Source: Octopus sinensis
Taxonomy: Eukaryota
Direction: 5' to 3'
Length of the DNA: 64,000 nt
NCBI RefSeq assembly: GCF_006345805.1
Contig: NC_042997.1
Location: forward strand, 100,130,001-100,194,000
The notes beneath the pieces were generated by a model. The model was not told the DNA's origin, did not search any database, and worked only from the letters and a program-made list of their open reading frames with translations. A program made the translations under genes and the position numbers. Shown here in pieces: positions 35,901 to 48,800 of the stretch; within the stretch, counting starts at the first letter, position 1; each line of letters begins with the position of its first letter.

Positions 35901-38900
35901 CTCACCTGACAGCCACTCCCTTCAAGACCAGAAAGTACTTCAGCTCACAGCATTTTGACACTACACAATCCTCAAGTGAGACGCAAAATGGGCTACTGCT
36001 CTCACTTCTTGGATAGTGCTGCTGCTATACAGAGATACTGTATCCAGAAATGGGGCCACCTGACCAACTGGGGTAATATCATTCATAGACATGCTGAGCC
36101 TCTGATTCATAGATGCACTATCTTTTCTATTGCTATTATAATAGCTTCTGCTCCTCAGGACTGGTTGGGCAGATTCTACCTCCACTCATGCATTCATGAT
36201 ACACACATATACCTCATGACCTTTGTAGTGTCCACATACACCCAGTTCTTCCTTCCCTGCAGATGTTTGACTTGCAAGATTGTTGCCATTAATACTCAAG
36301 AACATTAATGACATCAATTTTGCTGCAGGAAAGCCATGATGAAAGACAGAATCTCGAGGGCTGGCATTCTAGGAACAAGGTGTATTGATTAGTTTAGGCC
36401 TTAAAAATTTGGACACAATAAATGAATAAGTGAATAAATAAAGTTAAATTAGAGGCCCATCTATGCAAAAGTGGTCATAATGGAAGAGCAAGTTTGACAA
36501 GACTGAGAAAGAAAAAAAAAACAAGAGGATAAAATGAGGTAGCAAATAATTATTGAAGATAGGGAGATTTACTCATGTAGAAAATAAGCAAATGAAAAAT
36601 TTGATATCCTTTGTCAAAAGAATAACAGACATAAAGCTTTCAGAATTGGTAGTGGATGTTAGGATGATTGAAAATGACAAGGAGAAAGTCTCCAAAATTA
36701 TATGACTTAACTCAGTGACATAATAGTGTCTTCCATAGTTTTCAGGTGACATCAAAATAGTTTCTTCTACAGTTTTCAGGTGAAATAAAAATAGTTTTTT
36801 CCATAGTTTTCAAGAAGACTGTTTGATTTGGAAAATTTAATGTATACCCTTTTCTTTAAAAGTAAGTCATACAAGCGTTTCTGCTCTTGTTCAGAGAAGG
36901 CATATTGAAAAACTTAGTGATGGAATCATGATTGCGAAACAAGATTCAATATTTCAAATAAATCAAATAAGAGATTGAATAAACATATAAGAGTTGGATT
37001 ACCAGTGGTAAAGTATATTTTTAGTTTTACCATCAACTGTTTATGTCTATCTCTCTCACACATACACACACTACTTTCTCTCTTTATGAGGAATAAAACA
37101 TTGCCTGAGAATCATAAATCCACAACATTTTGATATAATGTCAGATGAAAAAAGTTGCAGCTGGTGGGGATAACATTCATAAATAATAAAATAGTGAATG
37201 GAAATACATTTACTGATTCTTCAAACATAAGACTTACTTGATTACTTCAAACAACATAGGTTCAGATATATGCAGATTTCGTGCTAGATTCCATGCCAAA
37301 TGAACCATTGGAACTATTGATTTATAAGCCTGCAACTTATTCCATTCATAACGGTCCAATGCAAGTTTAAATTGCAGAGCATTGAGTGGTCCTACATTCC
37401 ATGCAATATTATTGCACCAGCCCTGGAAAACAAATTTTCAATTATTGATAACCATAGTAGTTTTTACACAGTTGTTACATTTTAATTTAAAATTATGAAT
37501 GCTGAAAAAGCAAATTATGGTTAATAATGTATTTAAAAAATATACAAAAATTTATACTTTTTAGTATAATTTGAACATACAAACATTGTACTAAAAGTCA
37601 GTTATTTAAAAACTGATTATCAATAATCAAAATATAGCCTTGCTTCCGATAGGCAATTTTCATGCTTGCAACTTTGGTAGAAGTATTTGAAGAGTAAGAA
37701 TTATATTGGAATAATATATCATTAGGAACTACAAACCACTCAGACCACATGTTCAACTTTCCAACTAACCCAAGTTTTGCTGTTAACATGAGCAGAACAT
37801 AATCAACTAATAACTTCTGTTAATGAAGATCTCTCTGCAAGGGGATAGAACCACAATAACAATCTTAAAACTAAAAAATATAGTTGTTTCTCTGTATATT
37901 AAAACATATTTCTAAAAGCAATAAAGGGATTTCTATACTGTTGCTTGATCTGCTAGAAATAGCAACAAATCACATTCAATCATTTTATAAAAGGAAGGGT
38001 ATATAATGTGGTCCTAGATGTACGATATTTAAAAGATGTTTAAGATGGGATGGTCATGGTTAGAATATCTTTGATTGGAGATTTGCTTGATCAAGGCTGA
38101 GGCAACATTAAATAGTGTGCACCAAATATTATTATTCTTGAATCTAGAGGACTACTTTCTTTGTAGTATAACTCTTCAACTCATACACCTGCTAAATACT
38201 AACCTTCATCACCTGATCCAGCAGTTTCATATCTCTGTAGTTATTTCTATCTAAAGCATCATCTTTACCTTTGTACAGTTGACTAAGGTGCTTCTATGCC
38301 AATCATTAGGTATGACTCCTTCGTGAACTACCTGATTAGACCATAACTCACATTACCAGATATTATAAGCATCTCAGCAGTGATTCCTGATGGGCCAGGG
38401 GCTTTTCCTGACTTCATCTCCTTAATTGCTTTATCTACCAGGGTGCTAGCGATTCAGGTATCTGGTCCCTTGACTGGGTCAACATTTGACAGGCTCTCCT
38501 CCTCCCATTCATTCTCCACATTCAGCAGCCTTTCATAATGGCATCTACAAGCCTCTTTCTTTGCAGAATCATTAAAAGCAAGTGCACCATCATCCATGCA
38601 GACACATGTCTCTCTTGTAATATCACAATTTTCTCTCACACACTGTCTAGCAATCCAAAATACTTCAGTTCTTTGATCCTCACATTGCTCAACATTAGCA
38701 AACTTCTTTTCTGCTTCTCCCTTGGCTATATAGACCTCTCTCCCAGCCTCCCTTTTGGCTATCTGGTACAGTTCCCTGCTACCTCTGCTCTTCCAGGCCT
38801 GTTTCTTTGCTCTAATGGCCTTGCCTACTGCATTATTCCACCACCATGTTACTCTAGGTCTGGAAGGGACTTTGCACCAGCTGCAGATATGGTCTGTGGC

Positions 38901-39809
38901 ACTCAGTAAGCTATCACGTAGGAATTTCCAATTACCCTCTATGTCACAAGTCTGTAGCTCCTCCTCCCTCTCAGCAAATTTCTCAATGAGGATGTCCCTA
39001 AATCTCTGACAATGTGAAAGATTCTTAAGCTTCCAAATCCTTCTGTTCCGGATTGGTCTGCTTCTTGGCATCCTTCTGGCCTCGAGTCTAAAGTCACTAA
39101 TGACTAGTCTATGCTGGGGGGTACATTCTTCACCAGGGAGGGTCTTTGTATTTAAGAGCAACCATATCAATCTGGCTAGCAGAGTCACCCAATTGATAGG
39201 TTATCAGGTAGCTGTCTAGCTTCCTGAAGTTGGTGTTGCAGATTAATAGGTTGCTTGCATCACAGAACTCCAGTAGCCTAGTTCCCTCTTTGCTTTGGGA
39301 ACTAATTCCATGGACCCTGTGAACACAATGGAAGGTACTAGATTGCCGTCCAGCATACCCATTAAAATCTCCAGCCTTGTAGAAGGATATCATGGAAGTG
39401 GTCTTTCTGATCATTTGGTAGGCCCACTTGTAGGACGTAGGCAGAGATAATTGTAGTTATACTATTCTGCAAGACTAGCCTCAGCTTAAGCACTCTATCA
39501 CACACCCTGATTACCTCTATGACCTTATCCACCCATTTCTCTGCAAGGAGTATGCCTACACCCCCTACTCCATAACTGTTAACTTCCCAGACCCTGGCTG
39601 AAGCTCCTCTCCATCTTACCTCTTGTATGCAACATACATCAACACGCCTCCATTCAAGCATCTCTACAATCTCACTAAACCTACTTTCAATGTGCCTACA
39701 CCGACATTGCCAACTCTAAAAACTGGGGGGAAAAACTGCATTATTTATGGGATGACAGAATATATATATATATATATACACACACACATATATGTATATA
39801 TACACAGAC

Positions 39810-39840
<31 letters not shown>

Positions 39841-42800
39841 TACATATTTTTAAACAAGAACACTGTTGGCAGTGACTTTGAAGTTTTGCCCAGCTAAGCC
39901 CTTGTTGGACAGGCCAACAATGAGAAATAATAAATTTGTAATAGACAAAAGTATAAAGTAACCCATCAGTTTAATGTAAAATTGCTTTTGTTATAACTGA
40001 ATGTAAACACACATATATATATATCATCATCATCATCATCGTTTAACGTCCGTTTTCCGCGCTAGCACGGGTTGGACGGTTCGACCGGGGTCTGGGAAGC
40101 CAGGGGCCGCTCCAGGCTCCAGTCTGATTTGGCAGAGTTTCTACGGCTGGATGCCCTTCCTAACGCCAACCACTCCGTGAGTGGATTGGGTGCTTTTTAC
40201 GTGCCACCTGCACAGGGGCCGGGGGGTCCGGCATCGGTCACGATCGGTTCGAGCTTTTAACGTGCCAGCGGCACGGGGGCAACTGGGTCCGGGGTACTTT
40301 GGGGATCCGGGGTACTTTGAATGGGTAGGGGGTATGTGGAATTGCTGCAGAAAGCAGCCCGGGTCTTTGCAGTCACAGCATATCTCCAGAGATCTCGGTC
40401 CTTCGCCATTGCCTCAGTGAGGCCCAATGCTCTGAGGTCATGCTTGACTACCTCATCCCATGTCTTCCTGGGTCTACCTCTCCCCCTGATACCTTCAACT
40501 GTTTGGGAGTGGCACTTCTTCACACATCTCTCTTCATCCATCCGCAGCACATGACCATACCATCGCAAGCGTCACTCTTGCACACCACATCTGATGCTTC
40601 TTATATCCAGCATTTCTCTTAGGATGCTTACACTCTGTCTTGCGTGCACACTGACACTACACATCCAGCGGATCATGCTAGCTTCATTTCTTTCAAGTCT
40701 ACTCATGTCCTCTGCAGTCACAGCCCATGTTTCATTACCGTGAAGCATGGCAGTTCGCACACATGCATCATACAATCTACCTTTCGCTCTGAGGGAGAGA
40801 CCTTTTGTTGCCAGTAGGGGTAGGAGCTTTCTGAACTTTGCCCAGGCTATTCGTATTCTAGTGGTGATACTCTCTGTGCATCCACCTCCGCTACTAACTT
40901 GGTCACCCAGGTAGCGGAAACTATCAACTACTTCTAGTTTCTCTCCCTGGAGTGTGATGGAATCTGTTTTCTGAGTGTCTGTTGTGTCTATTGTCCCTGT
41001 GCATCTGCCGCACATGAAAGCTATCTTATCTGTTAATTTCCCTTTAATGTTGCTGCACCTCTTATGTGTCCATAACTTACATTGGGTGCATCTTATGGAG
41101 TTTCTACCTGTACCTTTCCTACAGATTGAGCAGGGCCACCTACCCGAGGGGGTGTGTGCTGAGTACCTCTTGCTGCTTACTAATACTTTGGTCTTTGCTA
41201 CATTTATTCTAAGGCCCTTTGATTCCAACCCTTGCTTCCACACCCGAAATTTCTCTTCTAGTTCCGGTAGTGATTCTGCTATGAGAGCTAGGTCATCGGC
41301 ATAGAGGAGCTCCCAGGGGCATTCCGTTTTGAATTCCTCTGTTATTGCCTGAAGGACTATGATGAATAAAAGGGGACTGAGGGCTGAGCCCTGGTGCACA
41401 CCTACTTCTACCCGGAATTCTTCACTATATTCGTTGCCAATCCTGACCTTGCTGACAGCCTCTCTGTATAGAGCCTGTACAGCCCTTATTAGCCATTCTT
41501 CAATCTCCAGTTTCCGCATCGACCACCAGATGAGGGAACGGGGAACCCTGTCAAAGGCTTTCTCCAAGTCTACAAAAGCTATGTAGAGGGGTTTATCTTT
41601 AGCTAGGTACTTCTCCTGCAGTTGTCGGACCAGGAATATAGCATCAGTGGTGCTTCTACCTGGTACAAAACCGAACTGCATTTCATCTAAACAAATTCTC
41701 TCCCTAATGAGATGGGTTATGACCTTCTCTGAGACCTTCATCACCTGGTCCAACAGTTTGATACCTCTGTAGTTATTTCTATCTAGAGCATCACCCTTAC
41801 CCTTGTAGCAGTTGACTATGGTGCTGCTGCACCAGTCATTGGGTATGACTCCATTGTGAACTACCTGGTTTACAATGCGGGTGACTATGGTATAGCCCAC
41901 ATAGCCAGCTGTTTTAAGCATCTCAGCAGTGATTCCTGATAGGCCAGGGGCTTTGCCTGGTTTCATATCCTTAATTGCCTTATCTACAAGGGAGCTGTCT
42001 ATTCGGGTAGCTGGTCCCTCTACTGGGTCAACATTTGGCAGGCTCTCCTCCTCCCATTCATTCTCCTCATTCAGCAGTCTTTCATAATGGCTTCTCCAAG
42101 CCTCTTTCTTTTCACTAGCAGTAAAAGCAAGTGCCCCATCATCCATGCGGACACATTTCTCTCCTATAACATCACTATTTTCTCTGACACACTGTCTGGC
42201 AATCCGAAATACTTCAGCTCTTTGATCCTCGCGTCGCTGGACATTGGCAAACTTCTTCTTTTCTGCTACATCTTTGGCTATGTATACCTGCCGCCCAGCC
42301 TCCCTTTTGGCTATCTGGTACAGTTCCCTGCTGCCCCCATCCTTCCAGGCTTTCCAGGCCCGTCTCTTTTTACAGATGGCTTTATCTACTGCACTATTCC
42401 ACCACCACGTAATTCTAGGTCTGGAAGGGACTTTGCACCATCCACAGACTCGGTCTGTGGCACTCAGCAAGCTGTCCCGTAGGAATTCCCAGCTACCTTC
42501 TATGTCTGACGTCTGAAGCTCCTCCTCCCTCTCATCAAATTTCTTGATGAGTATGTCCCTAAATTTCTGACCATGTGAAGGGTTCTTTAGCCTCCAAATC
42601 CTTCTTTTCTGGATTGGTTTGTTTCTTGGAGTCCTTCTGGCCTCAAGCTTAAAGTCACTGATGATTAGTCTATGCTGAGGGATACATTCTTCACCCGGGA
42701 GGGTCTTTGTATTCAAGAGCAACCCTGCATCCCGCTGTCTGGTGAGGATGAAGTCTATTTGGCTAGCGGAGTCTCCTGACTGATAAGTTATAAGGTGGCA

Positions 42801-45800
42801 GACTGGCTTCTTGAAGTTAGTGTTGCAGATTGTAAGGTTACATGCATCACAGAATTCCAGCAGTCTAGTTCCCTCATCATTTCTGGTGCCAATACCATAG
42901 CCACCATGTACCCCAGTGAAGATACCCGATTCCCGCCCAACATCATCATCATCATCATCATTTAGCGTCCGTTTTCCATGCTAGCATGGGTTGGACGGTT
43001 CAACTGGGGTCTGGGGAGCCCGAAGGCTGCACCAGGCCAGTCAGATCTGGCAGTGTTTCTACAGCTGGATGCCCTTCCTAACGCCAACCACTCCGAGAGT
43101 GTAGTGGGTGATTTTATGTGCCACCGACACAGGTGCCAGACGAGGCTGGCGAACGGCCACGCTCGGATGGTGTTTTTATGTGCCACCGACACAGGTGCCA
43201 GACGAGGCTGGCAGACGGCCACGCTCGGATGGTGTTTTTATGTGCCACCGACACAGGTGCCAGATGAGGCTGGCGGACGGCCACGATCGGATGGTGTTTA
43301 TTACGTCCCCAAAGCACGGAGGCCAGTCTATGCGGTACTGGCTACGGCCACGTTCGGATGATTTTCTTGTGTGCCACCGGCACTGGTACCACAAAGATAC
43401 AAATTCCATTGATGTTCATCTATTTTGATTTGTTTTGATTTGATTTGATTTTCACTTGCCTCAACAGGTCTTCACAAGTGTCACAAGAAGGAAGGTATGC
43501 ACAGGTGGACTGACTACGTCCCAGGTAGGGGCCACGGGTTATGGCCTGACTAGTCTTGCCGGGTCTTCGGATGGTGTTTTTATGTGCCACCGACACAGGT
43601 GCCAGATGAGGCTGGCGAACGGCCACGATCGGATGGTGTTTGTTGCGTGCCCACAGCACGGAGGCCAGTCGATGCGGTACTGGCTACGGCCACGTTCGGA
43701 TGGTTTTCTTGTGTGCCACCGGCACTGGTACCACAAAGATACAAATTCCATCGATGTTCATCTATTTTGATCTGATTTGATTTGATTTTCACTTGCCTCA
43801 ACAGGTCTTCACAAGTGTCACAAGAAGGAAGGAAGGTATGCACAGGTGGACTGACTACGTCCCAAGTAGGGGCCACGGGTTATGGCCTGACTAGTCTTGC
43901 CGGGTCTTCGGTTGGTGTTTTTATGTGCCACCGACACAGGTGCCAGATGAGGCTGGCGGACGGCCACGATCGGATGGTGTTTGTTATGTGCCCACATCAC
44001 AGAGGCCAGTCGATGCGGTACTGGCTACGGCCACGTTTGGATGGTTTTCTTGTGTGCCACCGGTACTGGTACCACAAAGATACAAATTCCATTGATGTTC
44101 ATCTATTTTGATTTGGTTTGATTTGATTTGATTTGATTTTGATTTTGATTTTCACTTGCCTCAACAGGTCTACACAAGTGTCACACACTTGCCTCAACAG
44201 GTCTTCACAAGTGTCCCATTAAAATCTCCACCTACAAAGATGAGGTCCTTGCTACTAGTCTTTGAAGTAGCCTGCAGAAGGCTATCATAAAAGTTGTCCT
44301 TCTGATCATTTGGTAGTCCCGCTTGTGGGGCATAGGCGGAGATAATCATAGCTGTGCCACTCTGTAGGACCAACCTGAGCTTAAGCACTCTATCGCAAAC
44401 CCTGACAACCTCTATGACCTCATCCACCCATTTCTCTGCAAGGAGAATGCCTACACCCCCTACACCTTCCACGTTACCTTGCCAGAAGAGTTTGTACCTA
44501 AGTGCCTTGCCCGTGAGGACCCTAGCCGAAGCACCTCTCCATCTTACCTCTTGTATGCAGCATACATCAACCTGTCTTCTCTCCAGCATCTCTATATAAG
44601 CTCCTGTCTATTTGGAATGACAGACCAGTTGTTCAATCAAGTGGACGACCTACGCATTAGTTTAACGTACAAATTGGGTGTGTATTACAAAGAGATGCAT
44701 GTCCTCTATTCGACATGACTGTGTGACAGGGTTTGGCCTCTGATTTACAGGTACAATCCACCCAACAGGCTTCTAAACAGTTTCGATCTACCCCAATAGC
44801 TTTTGTTGTGAGTGACTCACAACAAAAGCTATGATAAAGATGCCACTTTCATAACCCAAGTTACCAGGTGGAAGCACCTGTACATTTTCAAAAAGGGTTT
44901 TAGTTCAAAGATGAAAGATTAAAATTACATACAAGTTAATGATACTTACAATAGCCTGAACCCAGTGAACAGTACCAGCATTAACCCAAACAAGATCACC
45001 AGGCTTTTGAATGAAACGATAAACAGGAACATTGGCTTCATATAATTCTTCAAGAACAGGCCACCAAGAGCCCCAAAGATAATTCACATTATTTCTATAA
45101 TAAAAATGATAAAGAGTATAAAAAAAGTGACAGTGTACATATACACTATATAGAATTGAAGCTTCTCTTAAAGAAGACTGAAACATCAAATATTACACTT
45201 CAAATTTTTAATGTATTTAAGCTGAACAGATATTTCTTGATATGTCTCAATTAACTATTGTAGTTAAGTGCAGTGACTGCTGAATATTAAGTAAAATGAT
45301 TTTAATTTTCTTTGAATAATTCTGAAAAATATTAGAAGCAGTACCAACTTACTTTTCACACAAAGCATTGATAACTCCCCAATATTCATCTGGAACAGCA
45401 AACCATTCACAATCACCAGGTCCAATGTTAATGTTAACTGAACAAAAATTATTATTTTCTTGATGACCTTAGAAAAATAAGAAAAAAATTCAAAATATTA
45501 AGTAAAATATAAAAATAAAGTGAATTAAACATTTACTTGCAGATGTTCAATACTATATCAATGACTGTGGATTTGAAAATCAACCTGATTTTTGCTTTCT
45601 CATTCTGGGCCTCAATAGACAAAGAAACTACACATTCTTCATGAAATTAATCTCTTCACTTCTAGCACAAAAAGACTGAGCTGATAGATTGACCCCTGTT
45701 AGTTTATAAGAGTTAAGTTTTTAATCATATGAATATTAAAAAGAATACATTAAGTTATCATTCATACAATGTTAAGAAGAAAAAAAGACATCAAAAAATC

Positions 45801-48800
45801 TTTCAATTTGACAACTGGATAATATAGAATTAAAAACACAAATTTGTATACAATTACCATGCTGACACCATGCCCATACTTGAGCCATACCCATGCTGCT
45901 ACCATGTAAAAAGCATTTGTGCTAGTGCTACATAGCAACCAGTACATTCTGTAAGGTGGTTGGCATTAAGAAGGGCATCCAGCTGTAGATACAATGTTGA
46001 AACAGACTATTGGAGCCTAGTGCAGCTCTCTAGCTAGCCAGCTCCTGTCAAACCATCCAACCCATGCCAGCATGGAAAATGGATGTTAGATGATGATGAT
46101 AATGAATGCATATACTATGCTAAAAATAGAATATTCAACATCTGTTGACGACAAGAATGTATTGCTTTTTAAATGTAGCTTCTTTTAGTTACTGCCTTCT
46201 TCCACTCTCTCTCTCTCTCTTTCTAAATGTACTTCTCTCACACAAATTAACTTCTTACTTCCTTCTTTCCCTCTCACCCTATGTGCCTATTATTCTGATA
46301 GTTTTAAAAAGGTACAAACTCTCTTACTTTTATGTAACAAACCATCAGATAGTCTAAGAGAATAATTACTCACTTTGAATGTAAGCGACTAATACAGGGC
46401 AAATAGGGAACTCTTTCAATGCTATAAGGCAACCCCCTTTAGTCTTCATATCACTATAAAGCACCATAAGTCTCTAGTATAGAAATTAAACCCAACATGG
46501 CAGCCAGTTTAATATCATTATTTTTTCTGTTATTTCCTTTTGCAGAGTTTGCTCTGCTGTAAGCATTGAAACCAAACCATTGATTTGAAGGTAGTAGACT
46601 CTAAACATACTGCTTCTGACCACATTTTTCATAGATTAGTGTAACTCACTGTCAGAGAGTACAAAAGAAAAAAAAAAGTTTTCCAGTTGATAGTATAGAG
46701 GCCTAGTGTTGTGTACAGAAAGCTCCCAATCAGCTGCAACATAATTTCATACCTTTCACTTCACAAGATTTTTATTTGTTGCCTTTTTTCAGGAAGGTAA
46801 CCTCTCCAAGTCTTGCACTTGAGAACTTCACAAAAAGTACAAGTGTTACTCTTGACATCAGAAAAAAACCTTTGTGAGCCTTGGACATTAGTACCTGTTA
46901 ATTGTCCACATTATTTTTTTTTTTTGCTTGTATTAAAGTTTCCAGTTATGCAGATAGGAAAACTGCTCTTCACATCAATTTCCTCCCTCCCTTAAGAAAA
47001 AAAAATCTATAATAATTACTCCTTAAGGATTAAAGGCAAAATCACCCTTAATGGAATTGGAACTTTTGTACATAAAAGAACTCAGCTAAATACAACAAAG
47101 GCACTTTGAATGCATTTTACTGACTTAGCCATTTATTTGCCTTAAAAGCAAAGATATGATAGAATACAACTGATTCAGTAGTCAAAAAATATAAAGCATC
47201 AAGAAAACATTACCTGATAAAAGAAGGACTTAAGTTGCTAAAATACTGATGAAAGGTTTCATTAATAGGACAATAATTATGAAGCTTACCTGGTGTCCGA
47301 GAACCTGGTACTTTCATGTAAAGTTGTACAGTGTTCATTCCTAGGATAATGTGACCAACGTGACTCAATAGATTAGCTGCAGACACAACCTACAATCCAA
47401 GAATTCAAATAATTGAGAAAATTTAAATAAATGTTGAAGTACTTTTAGATCTACTTGTAATGATTTTACTGATACATGAAAGTATACAAGTATATAATAA
47501 GGAAATATCCCATAATTCTAGGAACACCCTGCCAAGAAAAGATATATACAAGCTTGTGGGGCAGTTTGAGCTCAATACTGCAAGGTGGAAAAACAGCTAC
47601 CTTAATGAAGACAATGGAGGCAAACTGTACACTTCCCATAACAGCTATTTTATTAAAGTGACAGGATGCAAACTAATAATTGCCTGCCAATAATACATTT
47701 ACTATGTGTAAATCTGTGGAAGTGATGTGTATATATTTATATATATATTATCAATATTTTAATGTCCTTTTTACCATACAAGATATATTGGACAGGTAAT
47801 GTGTACAGCTAACTTGATCTTTTGTCATCTCTTCCATCAAACACAATATTTTGAGATCTGATTGCACAACTTTTCACTTCTTTTCCTACAAAAGCGCATT
47901 TCTTAAATACAGCATTCATCTTTATTCACTTCCCATGTTCATTCTAATTCACTGGCTCTCACTGGCTGATGCATTTGGTGTTTAGCCATCTCCTCACTTC
48001 ACTTCAGCCTCTTATGCATGTTGGATTTGAAATGTAATAAAAAGAGACATCATTGAATACCACAAAATATTGACTATGCTATGAAACATTTCCAATGGAT
48101 CATTCTTGTCTCACATCAGCCACTACAGATCTTTTTTTCACTCCTTACACTACTTTGTATGAGGAAGACCATTATTTGCTAAAAGAAGCAACACCTCCAC
48201 AAATATCTTTCACTTCTTCCTACAGGCAACTATGGTTTCACTACATCAACTTGTGAAGTAATTAGATAATCTAGACTATCAATTATATTTTATTAGTCAT
48301 CTGAACTTCATGAATACTTCTGTAGCTAAATACACTAGTAAATCTTATTACATCTGAAATCTGGCTATGCATCTCATAGTTTGAAAGGATATTTTTTCTG
48401 GAATGTAAAATATGTATGTGTGTGTGTTCACATGCATGTATACATCTTGTTATAAAGTTCTATTACAATTACATACCCTAGTAAATACAGGTAACTTTGT
48501 AAGTTCATGTAACTGTTGCCGCCACTTCTTTTCATCAGATAAGTCAACATTTGTACCAAATTTTATGAGTTTCACTTTTCTGTTAATGTGGGAGAAAAAA
48601 AAGAAGAAAAATTTTAAATTTTACAATTAAAAAAAAACAAGCAACTTATTTTATTTCATATTTGTCATTTCCTCTGAAGCCATATGAAGGAAATCAAAAC
48701 AAGTAAAAGAATTTTTTAAAATTAGATTTTCATAGTTATAGCAAATTCATCCATTCTGTCAATTTGCAGATAAGGTACAGCTTAACACTATTGTAGTGGA

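Larger units (their letters stand above)
40023..44600 (-). mobile_element. Near-full-length RTE-clade LINE (APE + RT), interrupted by a nested insertion
   Basis: APE motifs ([27 protein letters not shown]), RT motifs ([25 protein letters not shown]), (GAT)n tail at 40023; one premature TGA at 40574-40572. Confidence 0.95.

Noticed and set aside
40975-42516. Several plus-strand ORFs of 75-131 aa
   Set aside because: Antisense shadows of the RTE ORF.
43108-43300. 62-bp tandem repeats as a CRISPR array
   Set aside because: The units are contiguous and near-identical with no unique spacers, lie inside an RTE 3' UTR, and there are no cas genes; eukaryotic context.
42962-44111. Many overlapping 60-127 aa ORFs on both strands
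   Set aside because: By-products of GC-rich tandem repeats that lack stop codons.
44600-44795. HDV-like, twister or hammerhead ribozyme at the 5' end of the RTE
   Set aside because: Hairpins and a GAAAC exist, but CUGAnGA, the twister loop-4 sequence and the HDV pseudoknot could not be built; the LINE appears 5'-truncated at about 44600, so this block is probably unrelated.
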